32,000 nucleotides of DNA from Nostoc punctiforme PCC 73102 (GCF_000020025.1 NC_010628.1:1350001-1382000), one strand, 5' to 3'; counted from the first letter of the stretch, positions 7,228 through 16,246 are shown. Notes: a model not told the origin generated them from the sequence alone. Made by a program: numbers and translations.

Positions 7228-8610
7228 TCAATCTTCCCCTTTGATATCCTGGGGCACGAAACCTGGTAGGTCAGTAGTGTCAACAGCGAAGACGAAAAAT
7301 TTGTTTGGGTTGTCAATACCCGGCGCTATAGTACCAACGAAGTCGTTGTCATTGGCGATAAATAACGTATGCTTTTTCACACGGTTGATAACCACATCTT
7401 CTCCGAAGGCTAAACCTTCAAGCTTGGCAGGAATGTCTTCTTCTTTGAAGCCGTTTTGAGTTAGCGCAGTCACCACATCAAGGAACAGGGTCTTGCTGAC
7501 CGCCTTGCCAACAAGGTTGATTTCCCCGGTGATATTGCTTACTTCTTGAGCATTCGTCAGATCGATCCGATATATTTTCTTGAAGGCAGCCTTTGAGCCA
7601 TCGCCAAACCCCTTGCCATCGCGTTCATCTACTAAGAATTCGCGATCGCTGATTGCCAAAATCTCGCTGACGGTGGGATATTTTGGTTTAGCTAAGGTGC
7701 CAATATTATCTAGCTGATAAGCGTATTCCTGGGTGGCACCTGTTTCTATGTCAATCTTGACGATTCTGGTATAAGCACCATTAGTACCACCGTCTTGGAG
7801 CAGTGGACTTTGCAAAATACCAACCAAAGTCTTACCGTTGGGAGTAATTGCAAGACCTTCCATGCCTTTGTTAGCAACCCTACCAGACGTGTTACCAGTG
7901 ATTTCTGTATCACTAACGGGACTTAAGTTGCTAACTGCAAACTTGCTAGGTAGGTTAAAGACCCTAATCCGCTTACCTATATTGCGGTTAAATTGATATA
8001 CATAAGGGCCATATTCATCCGAGATAAATATCTCCTTACCATTATTGGATACACGCACCCCTTCAGGGTCAAAACGGGCATTGTTTGGATATGTCGAGAT
8101 TTGAGTGGGGTTGAAGTTGTCTGAGCGTCCAGTGAAATAGTTTTTATTCTTGGTATTCAAAGCTGGGACACCACTGCCTAAACCCAATCCCGCACCATTA
8201 CCGTAGTAAAGAGGCTCATTGCTGAATAGCAGAGTCGTGTCAACTAAGGAAGGGGTTAGGGTAAAGGGTAACGCTGAACCAAGTTTGTTTGGTTCAAGTT
8301 TCACTTTGATAGTTTGGAAGCGGTTGATATAAGATGCTGTGTCACTGACAGCGCTGTTGTATGACAGGGCATTTGGGCCTCGGTCTGGAATAGCGATAAA
8401 GGTGTTACAGCCAGCATAGGCCAATCCCGACCCTAGACCACCCAAGAGGTTTCCCGGAACGCCGTTTTCAAGGGGAGCAGATGTTTTGTTGGAGCGATCG
8501 CTAATGTTACCATCTAGACTCCCAATTGCAATTAATTTAACCTCTGCATTGGCAGCAGGAGCCACAGCAAATAACCCCAACAAGGACAAAATGAGAATTT
8601 TGTTGAGCAT
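7228..8610 (-). CDS. Secreted esterase-like activity of phytase family protein
   Basis: Motifs FDPEGVRVSNNGKEIFISDEYGPYVYQF and NKGMEGLAITPNGKTLVGILQSPLLQDG match the phytase-like esterase family. Signal peptide MLNKILILSLLGLFAVAPAANA starts at the ATG at 8610; the track start at 8658 adds 16 aa. Confidence 0.8.
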   Translation of the reverse strand: MLNKILILSLLGLFAVAPAANAEVKLIAIGSLDGNISDRSNKTSAPLENGVPGNLLGGLGSGLAYAGCNTFIAIPDRGPNALSYNSAVSDTASYINRFQTIKVKLEPNKLGSALPFTLTPSLVDTTLLFSNEPLYYGNGAGLGLGSGVPALNTKNKNYFTGRSDNFNPTQISTYPNNARFDPEGVRVSNNGKEIFISDEYGPYVYQFNRNIGKRIRVFNLPSKFAVSNLSPVSDTEITGNTSGRVANKGMEGLAITPNGKTLVGILQSPLLQDGGTNGAYTRIVKIDIETGATQEYAYQLDNIGTLAKPKYPTVSEILAISDREFLVDERDGKGFGDGSKAAFKKIYRIDLTNAQEVSNITGEINLVGKAVSKTLFLDVVTALTQNGFKEEDIPAKLEGLAFGEDVVINRVKKHTLFIANDNDFVGTIAPGIDNPNKFFVFAVDTTDLPGFVPQDIKGED

Positions 8611-8690
8611 ATCAGTTTTATATTCTAAAAGACAGTATTTATTGAAGAATATTGTCATTTTTTTTACTTTGTTATTATCTATGTTTAATA

Positions 8691-8731
8691 GTTAAGCAAA
8701 GATTAAGCTTAGATTAACTAAAGATTATCAA
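8691..8731. promoter_or_regulatory. Candidate Pho box (SphR/PhoB-type) array
   Basis: Four 8-mers at exact 11-bp phasing: GTTAAGCA aag ATTAAGCT tag ATTAACTA aag ATTATCAA. They sit in the divergent promoter between two secreted phosphoesterase genes. Further CTTAACTA units lie at 8836-8843 and 8888-8895. Confidence 0.5.
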
Positions 8732-8946
8732 AGCCTAAATAAAAATCCTCAGTAGTAGTATTTTCAATCTGCTAGCGAGAGAGAAAAACTATATAAATTA
8801 ACGGTAACTAAAGAGAAAATAAGGAGTTTAAAAAACTTAACTAAATAAAATTACTACTACCAAAACATAACCAAAATTTACTGATGTCTTAACTATTAAC
8901 TATCAATATTTTTACTTGATGGTTATCCCTACTATAAAAATCTCGC

Positions 8947-11900
8947 ATGGTTACTAACAAAAACCAAGGGTATTTATTAAGTCTTTTGCTGTTAAGTACC
9001 TTGGGTGCAAATATACAATCAGCTAGCGCTCGGACTACCAGCCCTGTTGGTAACTTACAGGGTGGGGCAGCTTTACTACCCACAGGTCAAATTATCACAC
9101 CCGCAGCAGCACCAGGCTCGACATTTGCACCTTTAGCAACTGGTTTGCGTACAGACGATAATGCTGATGCGGCTGAAGCAGTAAGCACAGCCCTTAGTCC
9201 CGATGGTAAAACTTTACTGGTACTTACCAGTGGTTATAACCAAAACTTCAAAAATGAAAATACGGGCAGTAATTTCACTTACCCTGTATTAGATCCACAA
9301 ACTGGGAAATCAAGTGGTACAACAACCCGTAAAGCAGAATGGGTCTTTGTCTATGATGTCAGTAGCGGTAAGTTGGTTAAAAGACAACAGATTAATATTC
9401 CGAATACCTATAACGGTTTAGCTTGGGCCAAAGACGGTTCGCGCTTCTTTGTTTCAGGTGGGATTGACGATCGCGTCTATGTTTATGCCTCTAATGGCAG
9501 CCAGTACGTACCAGATGCCCCTTTTATTTTACTAGGTCATAATTCTAACCAAACTGACCCCTTCCCTAAATATGATGGTGGTTTGTTAAAGGATACGCCA
9601 GCTAAAGCTGTGGCGACAGGAGCAGTTGTAGCCGGTATTGCAGTTAGTAAGGATGGCAGAACCTTAGTAACTGCAAACTTTGAGAATGACTCAATATCAA
9701 TCGTTGATGCTACTACCCGTAAGGTCACTAAAGAAATTAAGTTCTTTAGACCAGGCGATAAAATAGCAACTGGGGAATTTCCTTTTGATGTAGCCATTAA
9801 GAGTGCAGAAAACGGTCAAGCAGCTAAAGTCTTTATTAGTAGCCAGCGCGACAACGAAGTACTTGCTGTTGCCATTACTTCTGGACAAATTACCCGTATA
9901 CCAATAGGCAGCCAACCAAATAAAGTACTACTTTCGCCTAGCCAAAATCGACTGTATGTAGCTAATGGTAATGATGACTCGATTTCAGTAATTGACACAG
10001 ACAGCAATAGAGTTGTCCGAACCATCTCTCTGTCTCGGCCTGGCGATCGATACAAAGGTGCTAATCCCAACTCTTTAGCCCTCAGCCCAGATGGAGCTAC
10101 ACTTTACGTTACTCTAGGGGGCGAGAATGCAGTTGCTGTTGTAGACTTGCAAAGTAGCCGGGTGAATGGACGTATCCCTACAGGCTGGTATCCTAATTCT
10201 GTAAGCGTCAGTCAAGACGGTCAAAGACTTTACGTTGTCAATGCCAAGAGTAATTCTGGTCCCAATCCCGCAGGAAACCTGACAACTCCAGCAGGGCTAG
10301 CACGCAATACTAATTTTAAAAATGAGTACAACTGGGCTTTAGAAAAAGCTGGTATCTCAATTATTCCAGTGCCAAAGGGCGCAACCCTGGGGACACTTTC
10401 GGCGCAAGTAGATAAAAATAATGGTTTCTACAATCGTCGCCCTGACCGGACGATGAGGTATTTACAAGGCAAAATTAAGCACGTTATCTACATAGTTAAA
10501 GAAAACCGTACTTACGATCAGGTACTTGGTGACTTACCTCTCGGTAATGGCGACCCAACACTTACCTTGTTTCCTAACAATATTTCACCCAACCATCACA
10601 AGTTATCCTTTGGCTTCGCAACTTTTGATAACTTCTATGACAGTGGCGAATCAAGTGGAGTTGGTTGGAGTTGGTCTACTTTTGCACGAACGACAGATTA
10701 CACCGAAAAAACTCAATCGGTTCTCTACGGTAACGCTGGATTTAATGGTTTAACCTACGATTACGAAGGTACTAATCGTAACATCAGCCTTGCCCTACCG
10801 CAAACTTCTTCTAATGCCTCTCCAATTAATACGCGCCTGACGGGAATTTTAGATCGCTCTGGTCGGTCTTCAATATTGCCCGGAGACAGAGATGTCAATG
10901 CCCCTGAAGGAGATGGTGACTTAGGAATTGATGTCATTGGTGGTTATCTTTGGGATGCAGCGCTCCGTGCTGGTAAAACTGTACGTAATTACGGTTTCTT
11001 GGTTGACAATGGCGCTCCCTACATTACTAGTCAACCCGATCCTACTAAACCCGATCCTCAAAACCCAGCTTATATTCCCATCTCCCCAAACCCTTACGCT
11101 GACAAAATTCCCCAAGCTCCCGTTACTAAAACTGTATTGTTGGATAAAACCGATCTTTATTTCCGCTCATTCGACATGAATAATCCAGATATTTATCTGT
11201 ACAACGAATGGGCAAGAGATATTGAGCAGAATGGACTGCCTAACTTAATGCTTGTGCGTCTGCCTCACGATCATTTTGGTTCCTTTGGTACTGCTTTGGC
11301 TGGACTAAATACTCCACAACTACAAATGGCAGATAATGACTATGCTATTGGCAAATTGGTAGAGAAAATTTCTCATCTGCCTGAGTGGAAGGAAACAGCA
11401 ATTTTCATCATTGAAGATGATTCCCAAAATGGGCCAGATCACGTTGATTCTCACCGTTCGTTAGCCTACGTGATTTCGCCTTATACAAAACGGGGCGCGC
11501 TTGTCAGCACTAACTACAACACTATTAATGTATTGCGGACAATGGAGGATTTATTAAACATTGGTTATTTGGCAATTACTGATGCTAATGCTGAACCAAT
11601 GTCAGATGCTTTCACTAGAGAACCAAACTTTGAGCCTTATACAGCTGTTGTTCCAGGTAACTTGTGTGCTAATCCTGTAGATCCAAAACTAGTACCAGCT
11701 TGCCAAGACCAGAATGTTGAAAAGACAGCAGCTATGCCGATTCTAAATGATAAGAGTTGGTGGGCTGCTATGACCAAAGACTTCAATTTTGTAGGTGAAG
11801 ATAATCTCGATCCAGAAGAATTCAACGAGATTCTTTGGGCAGGAATTAAGGGCGATAGTATTCCTTATCCTGAAGAACGTAACCGTCAAGACTTGCGGCA

Positions 11901-11970
11901 AAATCGCGCTCAAGTGCTAAAGAATTGGCAATTGAGTGAAAGGAATAATTCTACTGAAGCTAAAAAGTAA
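8947..11970 (+). CDS. Secreted beta-propeller (YncE/YVTN-repeat) fused to a phosphoesterase-family (PLC/AcpA-like) domain
   Basis: 1007 aa with a signal peptide ending SASA. The N-half has repeated SPDGKTLYV / NRLYVANGNDDSISVID propeller motifs. The C-half has HVIYIVKENRTYDQVLGDL and IFIIEDDSQNGPDHVDSHRS phosphoesterase motifs. Confidence 0.85.
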   Translation: MVTNKNQGYLLSLLLLSTLGANIQSASARTTSPVGNLQGGAALLPTGQIITPAAAPGSTFAPLATGLRTDDNADAAEAVSTALSPDGKTLLVLTSGYNQNFKNENTGSNFTYPVLDPQTGKSSGTTTRKAEWVFVYDVSSGKLVKRQQINIPNTYNGLAWAKDGSRFFVSGGIDDRVYVYASNGSQYVPDAPFILLGHNSNQTDPFPKYDGGLLKDTPAKAVATGAVVAGIAVSKDGRTLVTANFENDSISIVDATTRKVTKEIKFFRPGDKIATGEFPFDVAIKSAENGQAAKVFISSQRDNEVLAVAITSGQITRIPIGSQPNKVLLSPSQNRLYVANGNDDSISVIDTDSNRVVRTISLSRPGDRYKGANPNSLALSPDGATLYVTLGGENAVAVVDLQSSRVNGRIPTGWYPNSVSVSQDGQRLYVVNAKSNSGPNPAGNLTTPAGLARNTNFKNEYNWALEKAGISIIPVPKGATLGTLSAQVDKNNGFYNRRPDRTMRYLQGKIKHVIYIVKENRTYDQVLGDLPLGNGDPTLTLFPNNISPNHHKLSFGFATFDNFYDSGESSGVGWSWSTFARTTDYTEKTQSVLYGNAGFNGLTYDYEGTNRNISLALPQTSSNASPINTRLTGILDRSGRSSILPGDRDVNAPEGDGDLGIDVIGGYLWDAALRAGKTVRNYGFLVDNGAPYITSQPDPTKPDPQNPAYIPISPNPYADKIPQAPVTKTVLLDKTDLYFRSFDMNNPDIYLYNEWARDIEQNGLPNLMLVRLPHDHFGSFGTALAGLNTPQLQMADNDYAIGKLVEKISHLPEWKETAIFIIEDDSQNGPDHVDSHRSLAYVISPYTKRGALVSTNYNTINVLRTMEDLLNIGYLAITDANAEPMSDAFTREPNFEPYTAVVPGNLCANPVDPKLVPACQDQNVEKTAAMPILNDKSWWAAMTKDFNFVGEDNLDPEEFNEILWAGIKGDSIPYPEERNRQDLRQNRAQVLKNWQLSERNNSTEAKK

Positions 11971-11998
11971 GTATTAGACATAGGAGTGACAAAAGATT

Positions 11999-12025
11999 TA
12001 GAGATGTAGCACTGCTACATCTCTA
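11999..12025 (+). terminator. Perfect palindromic hairpin (small dispersed-repeat type) after the phosphoesterase gene
   Basis: t-agagatgtagc-act-gctacatctct-a forms a 12-bp stem 29 nt after the stop at 11970. A weaker taggc...gccta hairpin with a T7 run follows at about 12039-12077. Confidence 0.5.
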
Positions 12026-12105
12026 CAAGGATAGTAATAGGCTAATTTCGGTGTGATTGCCTACTTTTTTTAGTTGATAACAAATGGTGTGAGGATGACA
12101 GAAAA

Positions 12106-13770
12106 ATGATCAAAATGTTTTGGAAGCGGCTGCCGATTTCTCCAGTGACTTTGGGGCTATTCTCGGTAATCACTACCACAACTAGCGCGATGTCTGCGGC
12201 GGGCGATGCCAACGCACTTCCAATTTTAGCTGGAACTGTTCAAGAATCAGCAGGACAAGTAACATCTGTTTCTCAACTATCAGATGTACAGCCGACAGAT
12301 TGGGCATTCGGTGCATTGCAATCTTTGGTGGAGCGTTATGGGTGTATTGCTGGTTATCCTAATGCAACTTATCGGGGTAATCGAGCTTTAACTCGTTACG
12401 AATTTGCGGCTGGAATTAATGCGTGCTTAGAACGGGTAAACGAACTAATTGCAACTGCAACATCTGACATAGTTAAGAAAGAAGATTTAACAACTCTGCA
12501 AAAATTACAAGAACAATTTGCAGCTGAATTGGCTACTTTGCGGGGTCGGGTGGATGCTTTAGAACCTCGCCTGGAAAGCTTGGAACAACAGCAGTTTTCG
12601 ACCACGACAAAACTTAATGGTGAAGCCATTTTTGCGATATCAGGGTTTGTATCTGGGCAAGATGCTGATAATGCTGATATTCCTAGAAACACAACTTTTG
12701 GCGATCGCGTTCGTCTCAATTTTGACACCAGTTTCACCGGTCAAGACTTACTCAGGGTTCGACTACAAGCCCTCAATCTTAATTACTTTTCCGGTGAAGA
12801 TGGTACTGAAACCAGATTGCCAGAAGGCACTCTAGCTTTTAATGGAGAAATTGGCGATGAAGATCCTGAAAATAATCAAGTTAGAGTTGAAACGCTATTT
12901 TACAGATTCCCGCTAGGTAAAAAAACTGATGTTACTTTCTTTGCCAACGAAGGAGAAGTAGAAGACTTTGTAGATACGGTTAACCCCTACTTAGATGGAG
13001 ATGAGGGAGCTAGGGGTGCTTTATCTAAGTTTGGTAGCCGCAATTCAGTCTACTACTTTGTACCTTCTGGGGCGGGGGTTGGGCTGAGACATCGTTTCTT
13101 GGATCAGTTAGAACTGAGTTTGGGATATTTGTCAAGTACAGCATCCAATCCCAACACTAACAACGGTTTTATCAACGGTTCTTATGGTGCGATCGCTCAG
13201 TTAACTTTTCAACCTAGCGATCGCTTTAGCATCGGTTTAACTTACGTCAATGCCTACAATAACCTGGGTGAAGATTTGGCAACCCCAGGTACAGGTAGCC
13301 AAAAGGCTAACTTGGGTTTAGTTACTGATTCGCGCACTTCCACCAACGCTTACGGCTTAGAAGCATCTTATCAAGTAAGTTCCCGCTTTTTCATTAATGC
13401 TTGGGCAGGCTATGCCAAAACCAGGGTTTTGGGCGTAGGAGATGCCGATATTTGGAACTATGCAGTTGCTCTAGCTTTCCCAGATTTGGGTAAAAAAGGC
13501 AATTTAGCGGGGATTATTGTGGGTATGGAACCAAAAGTCACCGGTGCTGATGGTGCGATCGCTAATGTATTTACAGAGGTAATTGCACCACAAAACCGTG
13601 ACTCTGCTCAAGACAGAAATACCTCTTTACATGTTGAAGGTTTTTACAGCTATGCACTTTCAGACAATATTACCATCACCCCTGGTTTAATTTGGCTGAC
13701 TGCCCCCAATCATGACGATCGTAACAGTGATGCTGTACTGGGAGTTATTAGAACTACTTTTACCTTCTAA
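12106..13770 (+). CDS. Cyanobacterial outer-membrane porin (N-terminal SLH domain, coiled coil, OprB-type beta-barrel)
   Basis: 554 aa. After the signal peptide comes the SLH motif VQPTDWAFGALQSLVERYGCIAGYPNATYRGNRALTRYEFAAGINACL. A coiled-coil linker is followed by alternating beta-strand-like sequence that ends in an aromatic residue (TTFTF). Confidence 0.85.
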   Translation: MIKMFWKRLPISPVTLGLFSVITTTTSAMSAAGDANALPILAGTVQESAGQVTSVSQLSDVQPTDWAFGALQSLVERYGCIAGYPNATYRGNRALTRYEFAAGINACLERVNELIATATSDIVKKEDLTTLQKLQEQFAAELATLRGRVDALEPRLESLEQQQFSTTTKLNGEAIFAISGFVSGQDADNADIPRNTTFGDRVRLNFDTSFTGQDLLRVRLQALNLNYFSGEDGTETRLPEGTLAFNGEIGDEDPENNQVRVETLFYRFPLGKKTDVTFFANEGEVEDFVDTVNPYLDGDEGARGALSKFGSRNSVYYFVPSGAGVGLRHRFLDQLELSLGYLSSTASNPNTNNGFINGSYGAIAQLTFQPSDRFSIGLTYVNAYNNLGEDLATPGTGSQKANLGLVTDSRTSTNAYGLEASYQVSSRFFINAWAGYAKTRVLGVGDADIWNYAVALAFPDLGKKGNLAGIIVGMEPKVTGADGAIANVFTEVIAPQNRDSAQDRNTSLHVEGFYSYALSDNITITPGLIWLTAPNHDDRNSDAVLGVIRTTFTF

Positions 13771-13811
13771 ATTTTGCTGTGGTTTTAGTCTAGACAAGTG
13801 AAGGATTGGTT

Positions 13812-14270
13812 ATGCACAAAATACGATCGAGTTCCATTTTTTTCAGATATAGTCTGGTCTCTGCCATCTTATTAACAACATTTTCTGCCGAGTTAATTCG
13901 CCCAGTCAAAACACTAGCTGAATGTACCTCTGGCAATAGTAATTGCGAGAACAAAACAGAAAATCCGCCCTGTGATTCTAGAAATCCATACAACTTGGTT
14001 GCAGATACCACAAGAGTGCGGAGAATTAAGATTGCTTGGGATGTATGCCAAAAAAATGATTTTTATCAAGTGAGTTCGGGCGACGGCAAAGATGATGTGA
14101 CGCAAATCGATGACCCAACAGCACGTAGTTGGACTTATGTTGGAGCCAGGGATCTTGTTAAATACACGTTTAAAATCCGTGGTTGTAATGCCCGTCCTGC
14201 TCAAGATGCTGCTCAAGAACCAGATTGTACCCCTTGGACAGAGTTAGTTGTCACAACACCTGATTGGTAA
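13812..14270 (+). CDS. Hypothetical secreted cysteine-rich protein (possible FN3-like fold)
   Basis: 152 aa from the ATG at 13812; the track start at 13806 is TTG. It has a hydrophobic signal-like N-terminus and 6 Cys. It lies 41 bp after the porin stop and 57 bp before the next PEP-CTERM gene. Confidence 0.55.
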   Translation: MHKIRSSSIFFRYSLVSAILLTTFSAELIRPVKTLAECTSGNSNCENKTENPPCDSRNPYNLVADTTRVRRIKIAWDVCQKNDFYQVSSGDGKDDVTQIDDPTARSWTYVGARDLVKYTFKIRGCNARPAQDAAQEPDCTPWTELVVTTPDW

Positions 14271-14327
14271 CTGTTGGTAGTTGTTTGTAAAGTTCCCTTA
14301 CATAAACCTATTTTGAGGATAACCGAT

Positions 14328-14855
14328 ATGAAATTCTTTCCACAATTAGCGATCGCTAGTAGTCTTGTCTTGGGTTTGGCTACCTTAAGTATGAAATCGG
14401 CATCGGCTGCAATTGTTAATTATGCTTTCAGTGTTGATAGTTCTACAGCTAAGGGAAACGGTTTATTTAGCTTTGATGACTCAACCTTCAGTAATGATAA
14501 TTTTCCAGTAGCACTAGTTCAGTCACTAACTTTTCAATTCGATAATAACCCCAATATTTACACCGCAAAGGATGATATTGAATATCCCGATTATCCCGTT
14601 GCATTTCCAACTGTATCCTTAGCAGATAACGCATCTATTGGATTGCTATACAGCTTCCCAGACAAAGCTAATCCTGACAAAAATTACGAAATTGCTGGAA
14701 CATTATTTTCCGTCTCCTCTGAAACTTCTGATTCCGGTACAGTTTCTTATCGACAAGTACCTGAACCTAGTACTTTAGGTAGCACACTTTTAGTTGCCAC
14801 TATTGGCCTATTCCTAAAAAGAAAGGTAAGATCAATCGAAAAGATTAAAGTTTAA
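14328..14855 (+). CDS. PEP-CTERM sorting domain exoprotein
   Basis: Signal peptide MKFFPQLAIASSLVLGLATLSMKSASA. C-terminal VPEPSTLGSTLLVATIGLFLKRKVR. The ATG at 14328 is preceded by gaggat. Confidence 0.8.
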   Translation: MKFFPQLAIASSLVLGLATLSMKSASAAIVNYAFSVDSSTAKGNGLFSFDDSTFSNDNFPVALVQSLTFQFDNNPNIYTAKDDIEYPDYPVAFPTVSLADNASIGLLYSFPDKANPDKNYEIAGTLFSVSSETSDSGTVSYRQVPEPSTLGSTLLVATIGLFLKRKVRSIEKIKV

Positions 14856-14864
14856 CCTCGGCTT

Positions 14865-14907
14865 GAGAGGGTGTAATGTGGTTATGTTTGCAACCACGTA
14901 CACTCTC
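14865..14907 (+). terminator. Imperfect hairpin after the PEP-CTERM gene
   Basis: gagagggtgtaatgtggtt / aaccacgtacactctc with an 8-nt loop, 10 nt after the stop at 14855. Confidence 0.45.
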
Positions 14908-14933
14908 TTAAAAAGATAATAAAAAAAATACCT

Positions 14934-15320
14934 ATGAAAATTACTGACATTCATCATATAGCTATTATTTGTTCTGACTACGAGCGTTCCAAAAGTTTTT
15001 ATGTAGAAACTTTAGGTTTTACGATTATTCAAGAGACTTTCCGTGCCGAGAGAAACTCTTATAAATTAGATTTACGAGTTGGAGAGAATGGTCAGATAGA
15101 GTTATTCTCTTTTCCAAATCCTCCAGAACGATTTAGTAGTCCAGAAGCTTGTGGTTTAAGACATCTTGCTTTTAAAGTTGATGATATCCAAGAAACTGTT
15201 TTTTGCTTACACTCGCAAGGTGTAGAAACAGAGAATATCAGAATTGACGAAATCACAGGTAAGAAATTTACTTTTTTTAAAGATCCAGATAATTTACCGT
15301 TAGAAATTTATGAAAATTAG
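14934..15320 (+). CDS. VOC-family (glyoxalase I-like, YaeR-type) metalloprotein
   Basis: 128 aa with IHHIAIICSDYERSKSFYVETLGF ... GLRHLAFKVDDI ... FFKDPDNLPLEIYE, typical of the YaeR/SMU1112c group. Confidence 0.85.
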   Translation: MKITDIHHIAIICSDYERSKSFYVETLGFTIIQETFRAERNSYKLDLRVGENGQIELFSFPNPPERFSSPEACGLRHLAFKVDDIQETVFCLHSQGVETENIRIDEITGKKFTFFKDPDNLPLEIYEN

Positions 15321-15390
15321 AGTAGATAAATTTGGATTAAATAATTGCAGAGAAATAATAAATGAGCAAGCTATTTGGTAACATTATCAA

Positions 15391-16176
15391 ATGTTTGACA
15401 ATATCTACAAATTTTTAGCTGAAAATTTCTCCAGTGACTTCGCCACTTGGTTATTAGGCGAACCAATCACTTTAACCGAACTAAGTCCAAAGGAATTATC
15501 TCTCGAACCCATTCGCGCTGATGCCTTAATTCTGCTACAGTCAGAGCAAAACATCTTGCATTTGGAATTTCAAACCCAAGTGGATGCAGAAATTCCTTTT
15601 CGGATGATTGACTATCGATTGCGAGTGTATCGCCATTTTCCACACAAATCAATGCATCAAGTTGTAATTTACCTCAAGCAGACAAATTCGGATTTGGTGC
15701 AACAAAATACATTTACAATTGCTGGAACACGCCATGAATTTGCAGTTATCAGACTTTGGGAACAACCAACTGAAGTATTTTTGAGAACACCTGGACTTTT
15801 ACCTTTGGCAGTGTTGAGTAGTACAATTGAGCCAGAAGTTATACTAAATGAAGTGGCGCGTGAAATTAACGGTATTACAGAATCAAGAACTCAAAGTAAT
15901 ATTGCTGCTTCCACGGCTATTTTAGCTGGTTTAGTATTAGATAAAGAGGTTATTAGACGAGTTTTGAGGTCAGACATTATGCGCGAGTCAGTGATTTATC
16001 AAGATATTTTACAAGAAGGGAAAGCTGAAGGGAAAGCCGAAGGGAAAGCTGAAGCTTTACTTGAAGTGGCAAGTAACCTTTTTAATACTGGTATGCCATT
16101 AGAACAGATAGCAAGATTGACAGGGTTATCAATTGAGCAGTTACAGTATTTGCAGGTAAGCAAATCTGGTGATTAA
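15391..16176 (+). CDS. Rpn-family recombination-promoting nuclease / putative transposase (PD-(D/E)XK, DUF4351 C-terminal domain)
   Basis: 261 aa. The signature IRADALILLQSEQNILHLEFQTQ (D...E.Q nuclease core) is present. The C-terminal RESVIYQDILQEGKAEGKAEGKAE...IARLTGLSIEQLQ is typical of the multi-copy cyanobacterial family. Confidence 0.85.
   Translation: MFDNIYKFLAENFSSDFATWLLGEPITLTELSPKELSLEPIRADALILLQSEQNILHLEFQTQVDAEIPFRMIDYRLRVYRHFPHKSMHQVVIYLKQTNSDLVQQNTFTIAGTRHEFAVIRLWEQPTEVFLRTPGLLPLAVLSSTIEPEVILNEVAREINGITESRTQSNIAASTAILAGLVLDKEVIRRVLRSDIMRESVIYQDILQEGKAEGKAEGKAEALLEVASNLFNTGMPLEQIARLTGLSIEQLQYLQVSKSGD
16015..16056 (+). repeat. 12-bp in-frame tandem repeat (3 copies plus a partial one) encoding (EGKA)n
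   Basis: gaagggaaagct gaagggaaagcc gaagggaaagct gaagct, inside the Rpn-family CDS. Confidence 0.9.
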
Positions 16177-16184
16177 AAATAAAT

Positions 16185-16211
16185 AATCGGTGCAGATTGA
16201 CTGCACCGATT
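16185..16211. terminator. Bidirectional hairpin between convergent genes
   Basis: aatcggtgcag-attga-ctgcaccgatt forms a perfect 11-bp stem. It lies between the stops at 16176 (+) and 16247 (-). Confidence 0.6.
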
Positions 16212-16246
16212 GCACAATTTATATTTAATTGCACCGGACATTTCCC

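Noticed and set aside
8925-8950. Leaderless mRNA for the 1007-aa phosphoesterase, from the TACTAT/TATAAA element at 8930-8938
   Set aside because: This element would put the transcription start within a few nt of the ATG. That is possible, but it is unsupported without 5' mapping. An upstream promoter next to the Pho-box-like array is at least as likely.
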